Below, in pieces: positions 1-13,703 of a DNA stretch of 64,000 nucleotides. The notes beneath the pieces are model-generated. The model was given only the letters and a program-made list of their open reading frames with translations. It was not told where the DNA came from and did not search any database. The position numbers were made by a program, and so were the translations under genes. The stretch is taken from contig NC_043001.1 of NCBI RefSeq assembly GCF_006345805.1, positions 64,542,001 to 64,606,000 on the forward strand, read 5' to 3'. This stretch comes from Octopus sinensis (Eukaryota). Numbering within the stretch: the first letter of the stretch is position 1; the number at the start of each line of letters is the position of its first letter.

Positions 1-88
1 AGAATAGCTGAAATTAATGCATGCAAGATTTCACAGCTCTAGCGTCACTCCTTCATAGTCAGCCTATAAACTTTTCAGCACACTCTTG
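1..88. mobile_element. End of a mariner-like element/MITE (terminal inverted repeat followed by TA)
   Basis: ...cagcctataaacttttcagcacactcttg|ta resembles a mariner-type TIR end followed by a TA target; the other end is outside the window. Confidence 0.35.
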
Positions 89-653
89 TACTTAAAATGT
101 CCATTATGTTAGAAGAGAGTAAATCTCATATAAAAGCAATTACTAGTCTGCTATTTGGAGACACTTGACTTGTTTCTGAGAACATATTTATGCTCATAGG
201 TCATAAAAACACTTATTTTGTGGTTAAAGGAGACCTCCAGATGATGAAAACCAACATCTTTACAAAGCAGAGGCCTTCATCTCCTGCTGTTGTTAAGATA
301 TGGCCTGCATCTTTCACTCAGCCTCCAGTTGAAATCAAACATCACATATGCCAAGATTTAACCTTTCCTGGATTCACAGAAGACCTATAGCTGTTCAGTC
401 ACATCTTGACAAGGTTTTCTATTGTTCTTACATATCACTGTACTTGCATCATCCCTCAGAGGTCATTGGCTACAACCTCCACTCCCTATATAACTGTCTC
501 TGCATTATATTGGCTATTAAGTGAGCAAGTGTTATTATCTCTTCAAAGCTTGTAAACATCTATTTAGGAGGATTAATAGTAGCAAAAGAGAGCCTCCCAT
601 CTCTCTCTATGATGCAACAATCATGGTAGGGGCAGAGCTAGGCTTGCCCCATT

Positions 654-1047
654 GTGGATTTTTATCCCTCTGTATTGAGGTAACTGTTGTGTAAGGTACT
701 CATGTTTGCTAAAAACTATGGATATTAGTGAAAGGGATATAATACTTGCCAGCAGATCAGCTTTTTTGACAGTACCAGCAAAGACCATTAAGGTTGTATT
801 GTCTAAACACCCTATATAGAAAATTCTGTTTGGCCTATATAGAGATGACTCCTTGGCCATATCTAAAGGTGCAAATGGACACACCCTAGATTGAATCAGA
901 AAAGGTCCATACTCTCAAAGCACTAGGTCTTATATAGCCTTCTGCAAGCCAAATGACAAGCTGAGTTACAGTATTTTCCTGCTACAACCCTAATTATTTA
1001 AAAACCTCATGCAAAATGTAACTAAGAGAATTTTCAAATCCTCCAGT
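654..1047 (+). pseudogene. Degenerate Penelope-like (PLE) reverse transcriptase fragment
   Basis: Manual translation across stops and frameshifts gives VDFYPSV..LL.K.L.FAKNY/DISERDIILASRSAF, then GLYRDDSLAISKGANGHTLD*IRK and FCKPNDKLSY, all typical PLE RT motifs. Confidence 0.75.
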
Positions 1048-1052
1048 AAGCA

Positions 1053-1438
1053 TATTCTTTTATTCTTTTGCTTCTTTCAGTCATTTGACTGTAACAATGC
1101 TGAAGCACCACTTTTTAGTCAAAGAAATTGACCCCTGTGCTCATTCTTTGTAAGCCTGGTGCTTATTCTATAAGTCCCTTCTGCAAAACTGCCAAGTTAT
1201 GGGTATGTAAACACACCTACATCAGTTGGTAAGCGAAGGTAGGGGGTGCACAGACACATAAACATATATGTATATTTGATGGACTTCTTTCAATTTCCAT
1301 TTATCAAATCCACTCATAAGGCTTTGGTTGGCCTGAAGCTATAGTAGAAGACACTTGCACTAAGTGTCATGCAGCAGGACTAAACCCAGAACCATGTGGA
1401 TGGGAAACAAGCTTCTTACCACACTGCTATGCCTGTGC
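1053..1438 (-). mobile_element. tRNA-derived SINE, family A
   Basis: Reverse complement has a tRNA-like head, a central microsatellite and a ...cagtcaaatgactgaaa (AAAGAAT)n tail; homologous to the copies at 13704, 25503 and 62061. Confidence 0.85.
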
Positions 1439-2063
1439 TTTAATATGATTCTTGAAACAGCTAGTAATCACAGCCTCATTATGGTAAGGGGCCACTACCC
1501 CTTACTATAATGAGGCTGTGGCTGCTAGCAGTTTCAAGAAATAAATTCATTATATGTTTGACCCATGCCTCCACAAAAGAAAGCACTACCATAAAGTTAT
1601 TTGGTTCTCACACTTTTCTCTCTAAATGTTAAAATCTGTGTATGTAGGGCCATTCTTAGACTAACAGATAAACATTTTACATTTGCACATAAATATAGAA
1701 AACTATTCAGTAGATTTTCTATATTTCTTTTAACTTCATAACAAATTTGAAGAAGTCTTAGCTAATAGTCTCAGACATAATATAGAGATAAACTATTCAT
1801 GCAGAAGTAGCAACACATGCCTACTTAACAGCCAATGTGCCAAAAAACCATTATGTATGAAGTGGAAGCCAAAACCAGGTATTCCAGTGGGTTGAAGCTA
1901 GTGCAGCAATATATCTGAGCAATGGAACAATTTTTATATTTTAAACATTCTTTAAAATTTTGTTTTTATCAGGTGGTGTTATGCTTTTAACATTTTTTAA
2001 ATTACATTTACATTTAATTAATGATATATTACAAGTAATATTTTATTTTTCCTTTTTTTTTAG

Positions 2064-2163
2064 AATTAAACTAAGAATTAAAACCAATAAAGAACAGTTT
2101 GGAGAAAAAGATAGCATGGAAACTACTTTAAGAAAAAGCTACGTTTCTACAAATTCAGAAAAG
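2064..2163 (+). CDS. Putative exon of the host HORMAD/Hop1-like gene (end of HORMA domain plus linker)
   Basis: Strong polypyrimidine tract with TAG at 2061-2063 and an AAG|GTTATA donor. Open frame xIKLRIKTNKEQFGEKDSMETTLRKSYVSTNSEK (phase 2 to 0). IKLRIKT resembles the last HORMA beta-strand (recalled, not searched). Confidence 0.5.
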
Positions 2164-3169
2164 GTTATATGTTTTAGATTAATGATATTGCATTACTGAA
2201 AAATAATAATCAAAAATTTTTATTACTAAATTTTAAATTTCCAGTGGATTGTTATTTCTTTTATATGAATTGCATATCCTACATTTATTTATTGAATCAT
2301 TGAGATTTTCATTGATGATACTTAAACAGCAGGCCTGAATTTTTTAAACTATGATTTAAAAAATTATAAATGCAAAAATCTTATTATTGAATTAAATATA
2401 TTAGTAAATGAAATTCTAGTAAATCTCTTCCATAGATGGAAGCAATATATTAATGCCATTTTAAACAGTTTTTTATAACTCTTCAAATTATTTAAATTAA
2501 ATAGAAAGCAGTTATGACACTCTACTGCAATGCAGCAGGTCAGAATGTTCTTAATTACATATACTAATAGAAGTTGCTGTGCGAATTTCCTTAGCATTCT
2601 GAGAATGCATAACTATAGTTGAGATTTCTTTGCTATAGTAATATTGTTTCTAGACATTGTGATCTCTTGTATACTTGGAACTGTACTAAACTTGAAACTA
2701 GATACTTTTTAATTTATATTTGCTGCAAAGGCTTAGAACATTTTGACTCTCTGCACTTCACATACTATATTACTACTCCTGCACCTTTTTCTTCATTCAT
2801 TATTGTCACTGATCAAATTATTATGTTTGTGCTTGCAATATTGATCAGGTGTGAAGAGTTTGGAAATGACAGTTATAAGTAAAAAGTGGAAACGTAAATA
2901 GGTTCTGTACATACCTGAGGTAATCCAAAGTTGAAGCAAAGTTATCTGAATAGGTTAAAATGTCAAAGACTGTTATAGTGAAATGTGCAAGCTAATCCAT
3001 CATCCTGAATTGGTATTTTTTTATTGGCAAAGTTGACCTTGGCAAGATTTGAATTTAGAATATAGAGATTACCATCCTATATAAGTAGGCAACACTGTGT
3101 CTCATTTCTAAAAAGTGAAACCCCTCTAACTCCGGAGACAGCCAACTTACTATTCACTCTTCAACATTT

Positions 3170-3450
3170 TAAAGGCAATGGAAACAATTGCTAGCAACAA
3201 TCTTCAGAGACCACCACTATGTTTCCATAGATCCAGATCAAATTAGAAACTGTCACTCTTAAAAACTTTTGTCATGCCATGTTATTGCTTTTGACATCAA
3301 CTACTCACTTAACCTTGTGTAGCATGAAAACATAGCGAGGTTACCCATCTATAGATGCCACCTATCTCTCTACTAGGGCCAGAAGCTTCCTCTCTGGCTC
3401 ACATTATCATCTCTGTCATCCTCTGTATTGTTAGTGTCCCCACACCCTTT
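3170..3450 (+). pseudogene. Highly decayed non-LTR (CR1/Jockey-like) RT fragment
   Basis: Remnant motifs KAMETI.., AFDINYSLNLV*HEN (compare ALDISKAFDRVWH) and RSFLSG. Confidence 0.35.
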
Positions 3451-4097
3451 CTTCTGCATATAGAAAAATATTTATTGCTTGTTCTAACAATACTCACTCC
3501 TATATGGACTTCTTTTGATCCTTAACCTTCTATATTATTCATATAACCTTACTATCTCATACCAAACTTTCAGTACTTTAAGGAAGTTCACTAAGAGCAT
3601 GATGACTTAGTGTTTTTCAATGGTACGTAGATATGTTTGCTTCATATATCAAAGTTGCTATTTTGTTCCTCACTCCATTCAGTCATGATCAACATTAACT
3701 AAGACTACTAGATCACTCATAATGATTCCACATGTATGGCATAGCCAAAACTGCAACACAAAGACAAAAATTTTGAGAAATATATCAGCCCTGATCAGCT
3801 GCTAACATTCTGCAAAGTTCAAAGTAGACCAACATTAGAGTGCTACTTATGTATATGAAATGTAACTGCTGCTACAAATGCACTTGGATACATCTAAAAG
3901 AAGGTTATTTGACTGGTTGGTAAAGATTCACTTACTAACATGCTTAAACCACAAGCTCACATAAACCCTGTTTCCTCATCATGCCTCTTCTACCACTATC
4001 ACAACAGTTACTTCTCTGAACAAGTTAGCTGCTTTCTCTCTCCACTCATCCATCTCTCCACATTATTGCTGATATACTTTGGGATTATTATTAAGGT

Positions 4098-4290
4098 GAT
4101 ATATTGATAGGGCTATTAGAACATTGAACAAAATACCTTGAAATATTTCTTCTTATTCTTTACATTCTAAGTTCAAATTACTCTAAGGTCAATTCTGCCT
4201 CTTATCCTTTTGGGGTTGAGAAAATAAAGTATTACTGGCATCAGTGTAATCAGTTAACTTCCTCCCTTCAAATCTTCTGGTCTTGTGTTT
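4098..4290 (+). mobile_element. Decayed tRNA-derived SINE, second family
   Basis: ttctaagttcaaattactctaaggtcaattctgcctcttatccttttggggttgagaaaataaagta; related minus-strand fragments lie near 3025-3065 and 60110-60180. Confidence 0.45.
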
Positions 4291-4385
4291 AAATCAGAAA
4301 CATTGTTGTCAATCTGTCTATATTCTCACTGCTGTTAGTTTGAATTATGGGCCTTCATTAAGTTTTTTAAGTTCTTTCTGTTATT

Positions 4386-4961
4386 CTACCTGATGGACAG
4401 AAAGACCGATTCTATGACACCCTCTTGCAGACTACTGTGTTGACAAATGACAGGGACCTTCTCTTTGTGGTTGGTGACTTCAATGGACATGTTGGACAAC
4501 ATGCTGGAGGCTTCCATGGCATACATGGAGGCTACAGTTTTGGCTCCTGCAATGAGGAAGGAACCAGGCTGCTGGAGTTCTGCAATGCAAATGATCTTAT
4601 GGTTTGCAATACTAACTTCAGAAAACCTGCCAGTCACCTAGTCACCTACTGTTCTGGCAGATACACTAGCCAAATTGACTACATCCTCACCGGAAAAAGG
4701 GAAAGGTGGCTGCTTATAAATGCCAAAACCTTCCCTGGTGAAGAATGTACCCTACAACATAGACTGGTAGTTAGTTACTTACTATATGTATGTGTATCTT
4801 ATACATATAGTATCTTATACCAACCTAACCTAACCTAACCTAACATATAGTATATATATACACATGTATTTAGTGACTTCTGGATGCCCAGAAGATGACC
4901 AGCATGGAGAAGGGTCTGGAAGCTTAACGATCCTGCCAAGGGGCAGAGATTTAGAAACATA
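4386..4961 (+). mobile_element. RTE-clade LINE, 5' part (APE endonuclease), interrupted
   Basis: ORF 4425-4838 GDFNGHVG...NEEGTRLLEFC..NDL...NTNF...SQIDYIL...QHRLVV. The frame continues RRVWKLNDPAKGQRFRNI up to 4961 and resumes at 14664. Confidence 0.9.
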
Positions 4962-5820
4962 CTAGCAGAGTTACCCAGCGTTGCCCGTGTGACATGCAAT
5001 TGAAGAATTAGACTTTTCTGTCATATTTTCTGTAATGAAGTGGAATACCTATGTTTCGAATTTCATCAAAATTGCAGATGAGGGTTATTTCCCTCTTTAC
5101 ACACCCTAAAAAAATTGTAATTGTGCCACATGTATCCCATACTACTGATTTTTATGCACATATTCCAAAATTCCAGTCTTATAGAACCTGTTAAAAGGAT
5201 TTAGCTCCTAAAAAATGGAGGTCATGGAGCTCTAAAATGTGAGAAAAATGTGGGGGTGGGTGTCTTATTGTCAACTAGAGAAGTTGAATTGTTGAGAATC
5301 TTTTTAACTTTGGTCCTATATCTATTGTTTGAATTTCTTTGAAATAGGAAATATATATTCATTGGGTTTGTAAAAGAGAGCAAAGCTACAGGAAACCAAA
5401 AGACAAATGATCACAATAAGCAGTCATCTACAGTACCCTAGTCGTTACCACTCCTAATGTAGTATTCCTCACCATCCAGGTGACAGGCACAGCCATAAGA
5501 TGCATTATGAATCTATAGCAATTGGAAGGGCGTGACCCAACTGAAATAAACATTAACAACTGTGTGACTTGAGGGCTAAGGAGAAATGAATGTGTCACCT
5601 CTGGAGTTTGCAAATGACCACTATACTGATATGTAACTTGACAGAATAAATTTACAATCTATAAATGTCTTTGAATAACCAGTCACTGGTTATGTGTGTG
5701 TATTATATATATGTATACGCACACACACACACACACACACACATAAAGATAAATTGATAGATACAACTGAGTGGGCAAACAAAAATATGAGACACTGCCT
5801 AGTGTTTTTTTTTATTTTGA

Positions 5821-6125
5821 TAAGCCTAGTACTTATTGTATCAGTTTCTTCTTGTGAAACCAGTAAGTTATAGGGATTTAAATAAACGAAGAGCAATTGT
5901 GAAGCAGTATTGAGGGAGAAACACAAAGACACACACATAGACTTACATATATACATACATACATATACAATTGATTTCTTTCAGGTTCTGTCTACAAAAT
6001 CCACTGACAAGGCTTTGGTTGGTCTGAGGCTATAGCAGAAGACATGCCAAGTCACCACACAGTGGGACTGAACCCAGGACCATATGTTTTGGAACGAACT
6101 TTGTTAGCACACAGCCACACATGCA
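5821..6125 (-). mobile_element. SINE family A, decayed
   Basis: Homologous to the 13704-14081 copy (aaatccactgacaaggctttggttggtctgaggctatagcagaagac). Confidence 0.75.
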
Positions 6126-6239
6126 TGTATATATGTGTACATATATATACATCTACGCACATACATGTATACATATACATCTATATCTATAGAAATACAT
6201 GTATACATATACATCCATATATATACATGTATGTATGTA

Positions 6240-7963
<1,724 letters not shown>

Positions 7964-7976
7964 ATATATATGTATG

Positions 7977-8007
<31 letters not shown>

Positions 8008-8027
8008 GTATGTATATATATATATAT

Positions 8028-8060
8028 AAGCGGACGTTAAACGACGATGATGATGATGAT
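8028..8060 (+). mobile_element. 33-bp 3' tail of the RTE LINE inserted in a TA tract
   Basis: aagcggacgttaaacgacgatgatgatgatgat matches the RTE 3' terminus near 17325-17350. Confidence 0.7.
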
Positions 8061-8141
8061 ATGTATGTATATATATATATATATATGTGTACATATATAT
8101 ATTTCATTTTCATTTCATTTCATTTGGGTTTGAGTCCATGC

Positions 8142-11135
8142 TCAGGCCAAGTCGAAGACTCCACCCTCAGAGTCTGGTGTGGTTGCCAGGTTGTATTCTC
8201 TGCTTAATTTTGACATGTGTAGGAGCGAGTTTGAGTCAGTTTGTGCTCGTTGTGTATATCCTGGGAGATGGGGTTCATCTCTAATGGTGCTTAAGTATCT
8301 ATCCAGTTGCAATTTGAATGATTCCACACTGCATCCTGATAGATTTCTGACATGTACCGGAATGGAGTTGAACAGTTGTGCTCCTCGAACCAACAGACTT
8401 GATTCTCGCAGGGTTTTTGCTGCCTGGCCAGCCTTTTTGTTGATTGGTGGCAGCTGGCAGCGTCTTCCGTGGTGCAGTGAGTGGTAGGTTTTGATACCAA
8501 AGTTTGGCACCTTCTGCTCTATCATTTTCCAAATGTATATAATTCGGTATCGCTCAAATCTTCTTTCTATTGAGTACATCCTCAAGGTTTTGAGTCTTTG
8601 CCAATAGTCCAGGTCCTTCGTTTCTGAGAAGTATGAGGTAAAATTTCTTTGGAGCGATTCTATCTTAGATAGTTGGCCCTTTGTTGTTGGTGACCACAAC
8701 TGAGAACAGTAGTCAATCCTCGGAAGTATCATACTGTTCCAGAGGGTTTTCATTGTTGAGGTATCTCTTGATTTGAAGGTGCGCAAGATCCACCCGCTGT
8801 ACTTTCTTGCAGTAAGACAGACTGAGTCAAGGTGTTCTCTGAATTTTAGGTTGGTTCCCATGTGGATGTCTAAATCTTTCACATACTGTTTTTCCATTAT
8901 TTGTTGTCCTGATGGGTTTCTGTAGTTTGTTGTATTTTTCAGATCTTGATCTGTTCCGTAGCGAATTAGTTCAAACTTCTTATCATTGAACAACATGTTG
9001 TTTGTTTCCTGCCATTTATATATGGTGGTCAGGTCCTTTTGTAAGGCCTCTGTATCCACCTCGTCTTTGATTTGTCTCATGACCCTGGTGTCATCAGCAA
9101 AGGATGAGACGTTGCTGGTTGTATCTTCATCTATGTCAGAGATGAGGATGAGAAACAGGATTGGGCCGAGTACTGTACCCTGAGGAACACTGCTGGTCAC
9201 AGGTGATGGTGTTGAATGGGTTCCATTCACAGTGACTGTTTGAGTTCTATTTGTAAGGAACTCGTGTATCCATGTACCAACTTTTCCTCCTACTCCTAGC
9301 TTTCGAAGTTTGTGACCCAGGATGCCATGATCTACCTTGTCAAATGCCTTGGCAAAGTCGAGGTAGATAACATCTGTGTGTATCCATTCTCTAGATTTTC
9401 TAGGATTTGGTCATGGTGTGCCAGTAGTTGGGAAAGGCATGATCTACCTAACCTGAATCCATGCTGGTTGCAATTCATCAGATTGTTGGATTCCAGGAAC
9501 TCAACCAGTTTTCCACGAACTATTCTTTCGAAGACATTGATAATGTGTGATGTCAGTGAGATTGGTCGGTAGTTCTTTGGTTTTGATTTGCTGTCCCCTT
9601 TATGTATTGGAGTTATGTGTGCTTCTTTATATGTATTTGGTATTTTGCCATTCTCCATAGATTCCCTCCATATCATGTAAAGGGGTTTCGACAATTGAAC
9701 CTTGCAGTTTTTAAGTATCATGGCATTGAAACCGTCAGGCCCCACAGCTGAGTGCATGGGGAGCTTGTCTATGGCTCTTGCTATGTCTTCTGGGTTGAAA
9801 TCAATGTCGGATAGGGTAGGTTTAGTATGGTCGATATCCTTGAAGAATTTTCCTGGGTCATGGATGTTCATGGTTTTAGATGGCTCACTGAAGACACTTT
9901 CATACTGTTGACCCAACATTTCTGCCATTTCAATAGGGTTATTCACTACATCCCCATTTTGTCTCTGGAGAGGTCCTATTGTTGACTTGGTGTTCGAGTA
10001 TTTCTTTGCAAAACTGTAGAAACATTTTGGATTTTTCTTGATGTTTTCTATGGCTCTCTTTTCTGCATTGTTACGTTCTTTATCATAGTGTTGTTTTAGA
10101 TTGTCTTCTAATCTGTATATTTGGTCAAGGACTTTCTGTAATTCATGTTTTGATGTCAGCTTAGATGTTTTGTTTCTTAGTCTTGACCTTTTGCGCATCA
10201 GGATCTTTCGCTCCCGTGGTACAGGTTTTTTTGTGGACTTGGTTTTCTTTAGAGGAACATTTTTTTCACATATTTCTTCGATCTTGTTTAAGAATTTCTT
10301 GTGTTTATCTGGCCAGTAAGGTAGAGATCCCAGTCAATGATTTGTAACTGGTTGTTAATAGTTTTCCAATTTGCCTGGTGATAATCATACCTGCATAGCT
10401 TTGGCATGTCCTTTTGTTTAAGAGTTGTGGCATTGGGCTCATTACCAATGTGTAAATGCATTTCAATAATATTGTGGTCTGAAAGGATTGTTGGGGTTGA
10501 GTGAAGGTCAAATAGCGTGTCCTCGTTGTTGGTGAAAACCAAGTCGATCGTATTATTATTTCTTGTTGCTTCTGTCATCATTTGTTTGAGGTATAATTTC
10601 TCTGTGACTTTCAACAGTTTGGCTGCCTGTATTTGTTCAGCTTTTGTCCCCAGTTTTAGTATGTGTCCATGTGGCCAGATGATGTTAGGGAAGTTGAAGT
10701 CACCAAGGAGGATAATGTCTGGCATTGGACTTGCCATGTTTCCCAGAATTTGTTGGAGCTTCGTCAGTGGCTCAGTGAAGGATAATGTTGGGCTGTTTGG
10801 CGGTCTGTACATTATTGTTACAACTGTATTAAGTTGGATGATTTTTATGCACAGCAGGTTGCAGTAGGCATTTGATTCATTGACAAGTTCTATGCATGCA
10901 TAGGTATCATGGATATACATGATAACGCCCCCATGGGATCTGCCTTGTCTATCACATCTGAAGATGTTGAATCTATTGATTGTGATTTCGCTGTTGCGGA
11001 TGTTTTCGTTGAGATGACTTTCAGTAATTCCAATTATTTTGGAGTTTTTCTGTTGCTAATTCTTCCAAGAAAGGGACTTTACACTGTTTTGTTTTCGGAT
11101 AAAGACCCTGGATATTTGCTGTTATTATGCTTGTT
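8142..11135 (-). pseudogene. ORF2 (APE endonuclease plus RT), frameshifted
   Basis: ANIQGL...ITESHL; LLGDFNFP; NNTIDLVFTN; YRPISLTSH; QHGFR.GRSCLSQLL; VPQGTVLGPILF; FADDT. Confidence 0.9.
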
Positions 11136-12414
11136 GTACCAGATACATCTGCCCTATTGTTGGCAAGACTGTTGTAGTTGCTGGGACTCTGCTGACTGGA
11201 TATTCGGTCTGCTGGGCTGTCTGTATTTGTTGTATGTGCCCTGTAAGTCCAGGTGTCAGCCTTTGTATCAATGTTGCCTGGTTTTGCTGAGTCGTCTGTA
11301 TGGAGTACAGCTGTTGTTGTAGTTGGTAGATTATGCCTAAAAAACTGCTTTCATTCATTACTATATCGAATTTCTGCGAGTTTGGGTTTGTTACAGCTGA
11401 TGTACGCAATTGAGTAGCATGGTTTTCATTCACTGTTGAGCCATGACCTGGGTTCCGCATTTTTTGGAAATGGTTTTCATACCCTGCTGAGCTTGGTCCT
11501 GGTGGTGTGGGTTCAGTAGTTTTTATGCGAATTGTACCCTTCCGGTGCATAAATTTGCAATTCTCACCAAAACATTCTTTTTTTCTCAGCGAATTGCGGC
11601 ACATCTTTGGGTGAAGGAGTTCACATTCTCGGCCATTTTGGCATCCTTTTTTTCGACCAGTACCGAAGTTGATATATGGTCTGCATGGTTTGGGGTGACT
11701 GTACATGCACCCTGTACCTGAAAGACCATGTTTGCACTTGTTGCGCCTGTAATGGATACATACTGGCCTTTCTTCATTTGAGCGTTTGCTCTGGATCTGT
11801 TTCTTTTCATGGGAAGTTTGGTCTTTTTCTGCAGGATCTCCTGTTTCTTGTTTTGTAGGTGTTTGCATGTCATTGTCTTCATTCTTGTCATTTACAAGAG
11901 GCACTTGGATGGCCTGTGTGTGGCAGGATTTATTTGCCATGTCAGTTTCGCCAATCAATGTCTGTTTAGAACGGCCTGTCTGTGGTAGGGTCCTAGGTTC
12001 ATTCGTTATTGTGGCCCTTGGTGAACAATAACTGCATAGCCAGTGTAGGCCTAGAATATCTGGAATGGTGTGGTTATTTATCTTTTTTAAGTAGCACGCT
12101 TCGTGTATTCCTTGTCCACAGATGAAGCATGCCAAAGCTGGTTTTTGGCCAAATGTAATGCAGTACTGTTTGTCACACATTTTGCAAGTCTCCGGGAGGA
12201 AGTTTTCAATCCTTGCTATAATTCAGTTGGTGAGGTTTGGATTTGTGAGCTCAACTTGGACACCATCATTCAAGAAAGCTGCTGCTTTCTTTAACATCGT
12301 AAACTTACAGTTGGTGAAGATATTTTTGTATATTGCTCCACTTTCCTGTTTGATATCATATTTCGACAAGACACTTTTTATATCTTGATTTTGTGTTGAT
12401 GAGATGATTTTCAA
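11125..12414 (-). pseudogene. ORF1 with PHD finger and three tandem CCCH zinc fingers
   Basis: (TCKM)CDKQ...CFICGQGIHEAC...WLCSYC; then C-x7-C-x8-C-x3-H, C-x13-C-x5-C-x3-H and C-x8-C-x4-C-x3-H at about 11545-11760. One in-frame stop at 12223. Confidence 0.85.
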
Positions 12415-12540
12415 TATGATGTCTGTGGCCAGGCAAGTGTTGCTCTCTGGGCTGGCAGTCTGTGGATTTCCGTTACCGTCATCGTTTATGTGGGCGGTGG
12501 ATTGTGAATAGCTTGAGATTTAGAATTGTTTGACTTGAAT

Positions 12541-12915
12541 GAGGAGGGGGAAAGGAGCAGTGGTTGATTTTGTACACTGGCTGAGATAGTAGTAGTAGTA
12601 GCAATGGTACTTGAGTTGTTAGTGGAGCTATGGTGGTGGGATATGGAGAAAGTAAGGGTGGTTGGGATGGGTCACTGGCGAGGTAGAATGGAATGTTTGG
12701 CTTTGGCCACTAGGAGTAGTAGCAGGAGGAGGGGGAAGGAGCAGTGGTTGATTTTGTACACTGGCTGAGATAGTAGTAGTAGTAGCAATGGTACTTGAGT
12801 TGTTAGTGGAGCTATGGTGGTGGGATATGGAGAAAGTAAGAGTGGTTGGGATGGGTCACTGGCGAGGTAGAATGGAATGTTTGGCTTTGTCCACTAGGAG
12901 TAGCAGCAGGAGGAG
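12541..12915. repeat. About 184-bp tandem duplication in the LINE 5' UTR
   Basis: aaggagcagtggttgattttgtacactgg recurs at 12552 and 12736; the two units are nearly identical. Confidence 0.9.
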
Positions 12916-13326
12916 GGTGAGAGAAGATGAAGAAGGGGAAGTAGCAGTAGAAGATGGAAACAATGATGATGACGATAATGACAGGTCTATTAGTTCTTTT
13001 AGCTGCTGATGTGAATGTTGTAGTTGTATCCACTTCAATATATGACCAGATGCAATATATATATATATATGTTATCATTAATTAAAATCTTAGGGTAGCA
13101 AGAATATTCATAGAAAAATTCTTAGTTACCAGTGGTCTAGCGAGAAAGAAAAAATTATATATATATATATAATTATATATATATATTATGGAGATGTACT
13201 CGCATAGCAAGTAATTTGATCTGAGATCGTGTGCTGAAACGAAAACAATTGCAGCGTGGGAGGTGTTTATAAGCCATTTAAGAAACACACAAAAGCCGTT
13301 CGATTCATTTCAACATTTAAGTTTAA

Positions 13327-13376
13327 TTTGTCAAAATATTTTCGTCGCTAAGATCCGCGACCTGTTCACTGACAAA
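13327..13376 (-). ncRNA. Mirror copy of the G3-C8 hammerhead
   Basis: Exact inverted copy in the left palindrome arm. Confidence 0.7.
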
Positions 13377-13395
13377 AATCCGTGCTGCATGGATT

Positions 13396-13445
13396 TTTGT
13401 CAGTGAACAGGTCGCGGATCTTAGCGACGAAAATATTTTGACAAA
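13396..13445 (+). ncRNA. Putative minimal type I hammerhead ribozyme, G3-C8 core variant
   Basis: Stem I tttgtca/tgacaaa, core GTGAACA, one extra G, stem II gtcgc/gcgac, GAAA, palindromic stem III AATATT, cleavage triplet UUU. Confidence 0.7.
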
Positions 13446-13531
13446 TTAAACTTAAATGTTGAAATGAATCGAACGGCTTTTGTGTGTTTCTTAAATGGCT
13501 TATAAACACCTCCCACGCTGCAATTGTATAT

Positions 13532-13661
<130 letters not shown>

Positions 13662-13703
13662 ATATATATGTATATATGTATATATGTATATATATGTATA
13701 TAA

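Larger units (their letters stand above)
8101..13055 (-). mobile_element. Near full-length CR1-type LINE (ORF1 PHD plus 3 CCCH; ORF2 APE-RT) with (AAATG)n tail
   Basis: ORF fragments 12223-12414, 11125-12180, 10288-10920, 9332-10198 and 8142-9230 are collinear. The 3' tail reads (aaatg)n and both flanks are TA microsatellite. Confidence 0.9.
13246..13526. repeat. Perfect palindrome: 136-bp arms with a 9-nt spacer
   Basis: 13246-13381 is the exact reverse complement of 13391-13526 on base-by-base comparison; spacer gtgctgcat. Confidence 0.95.
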
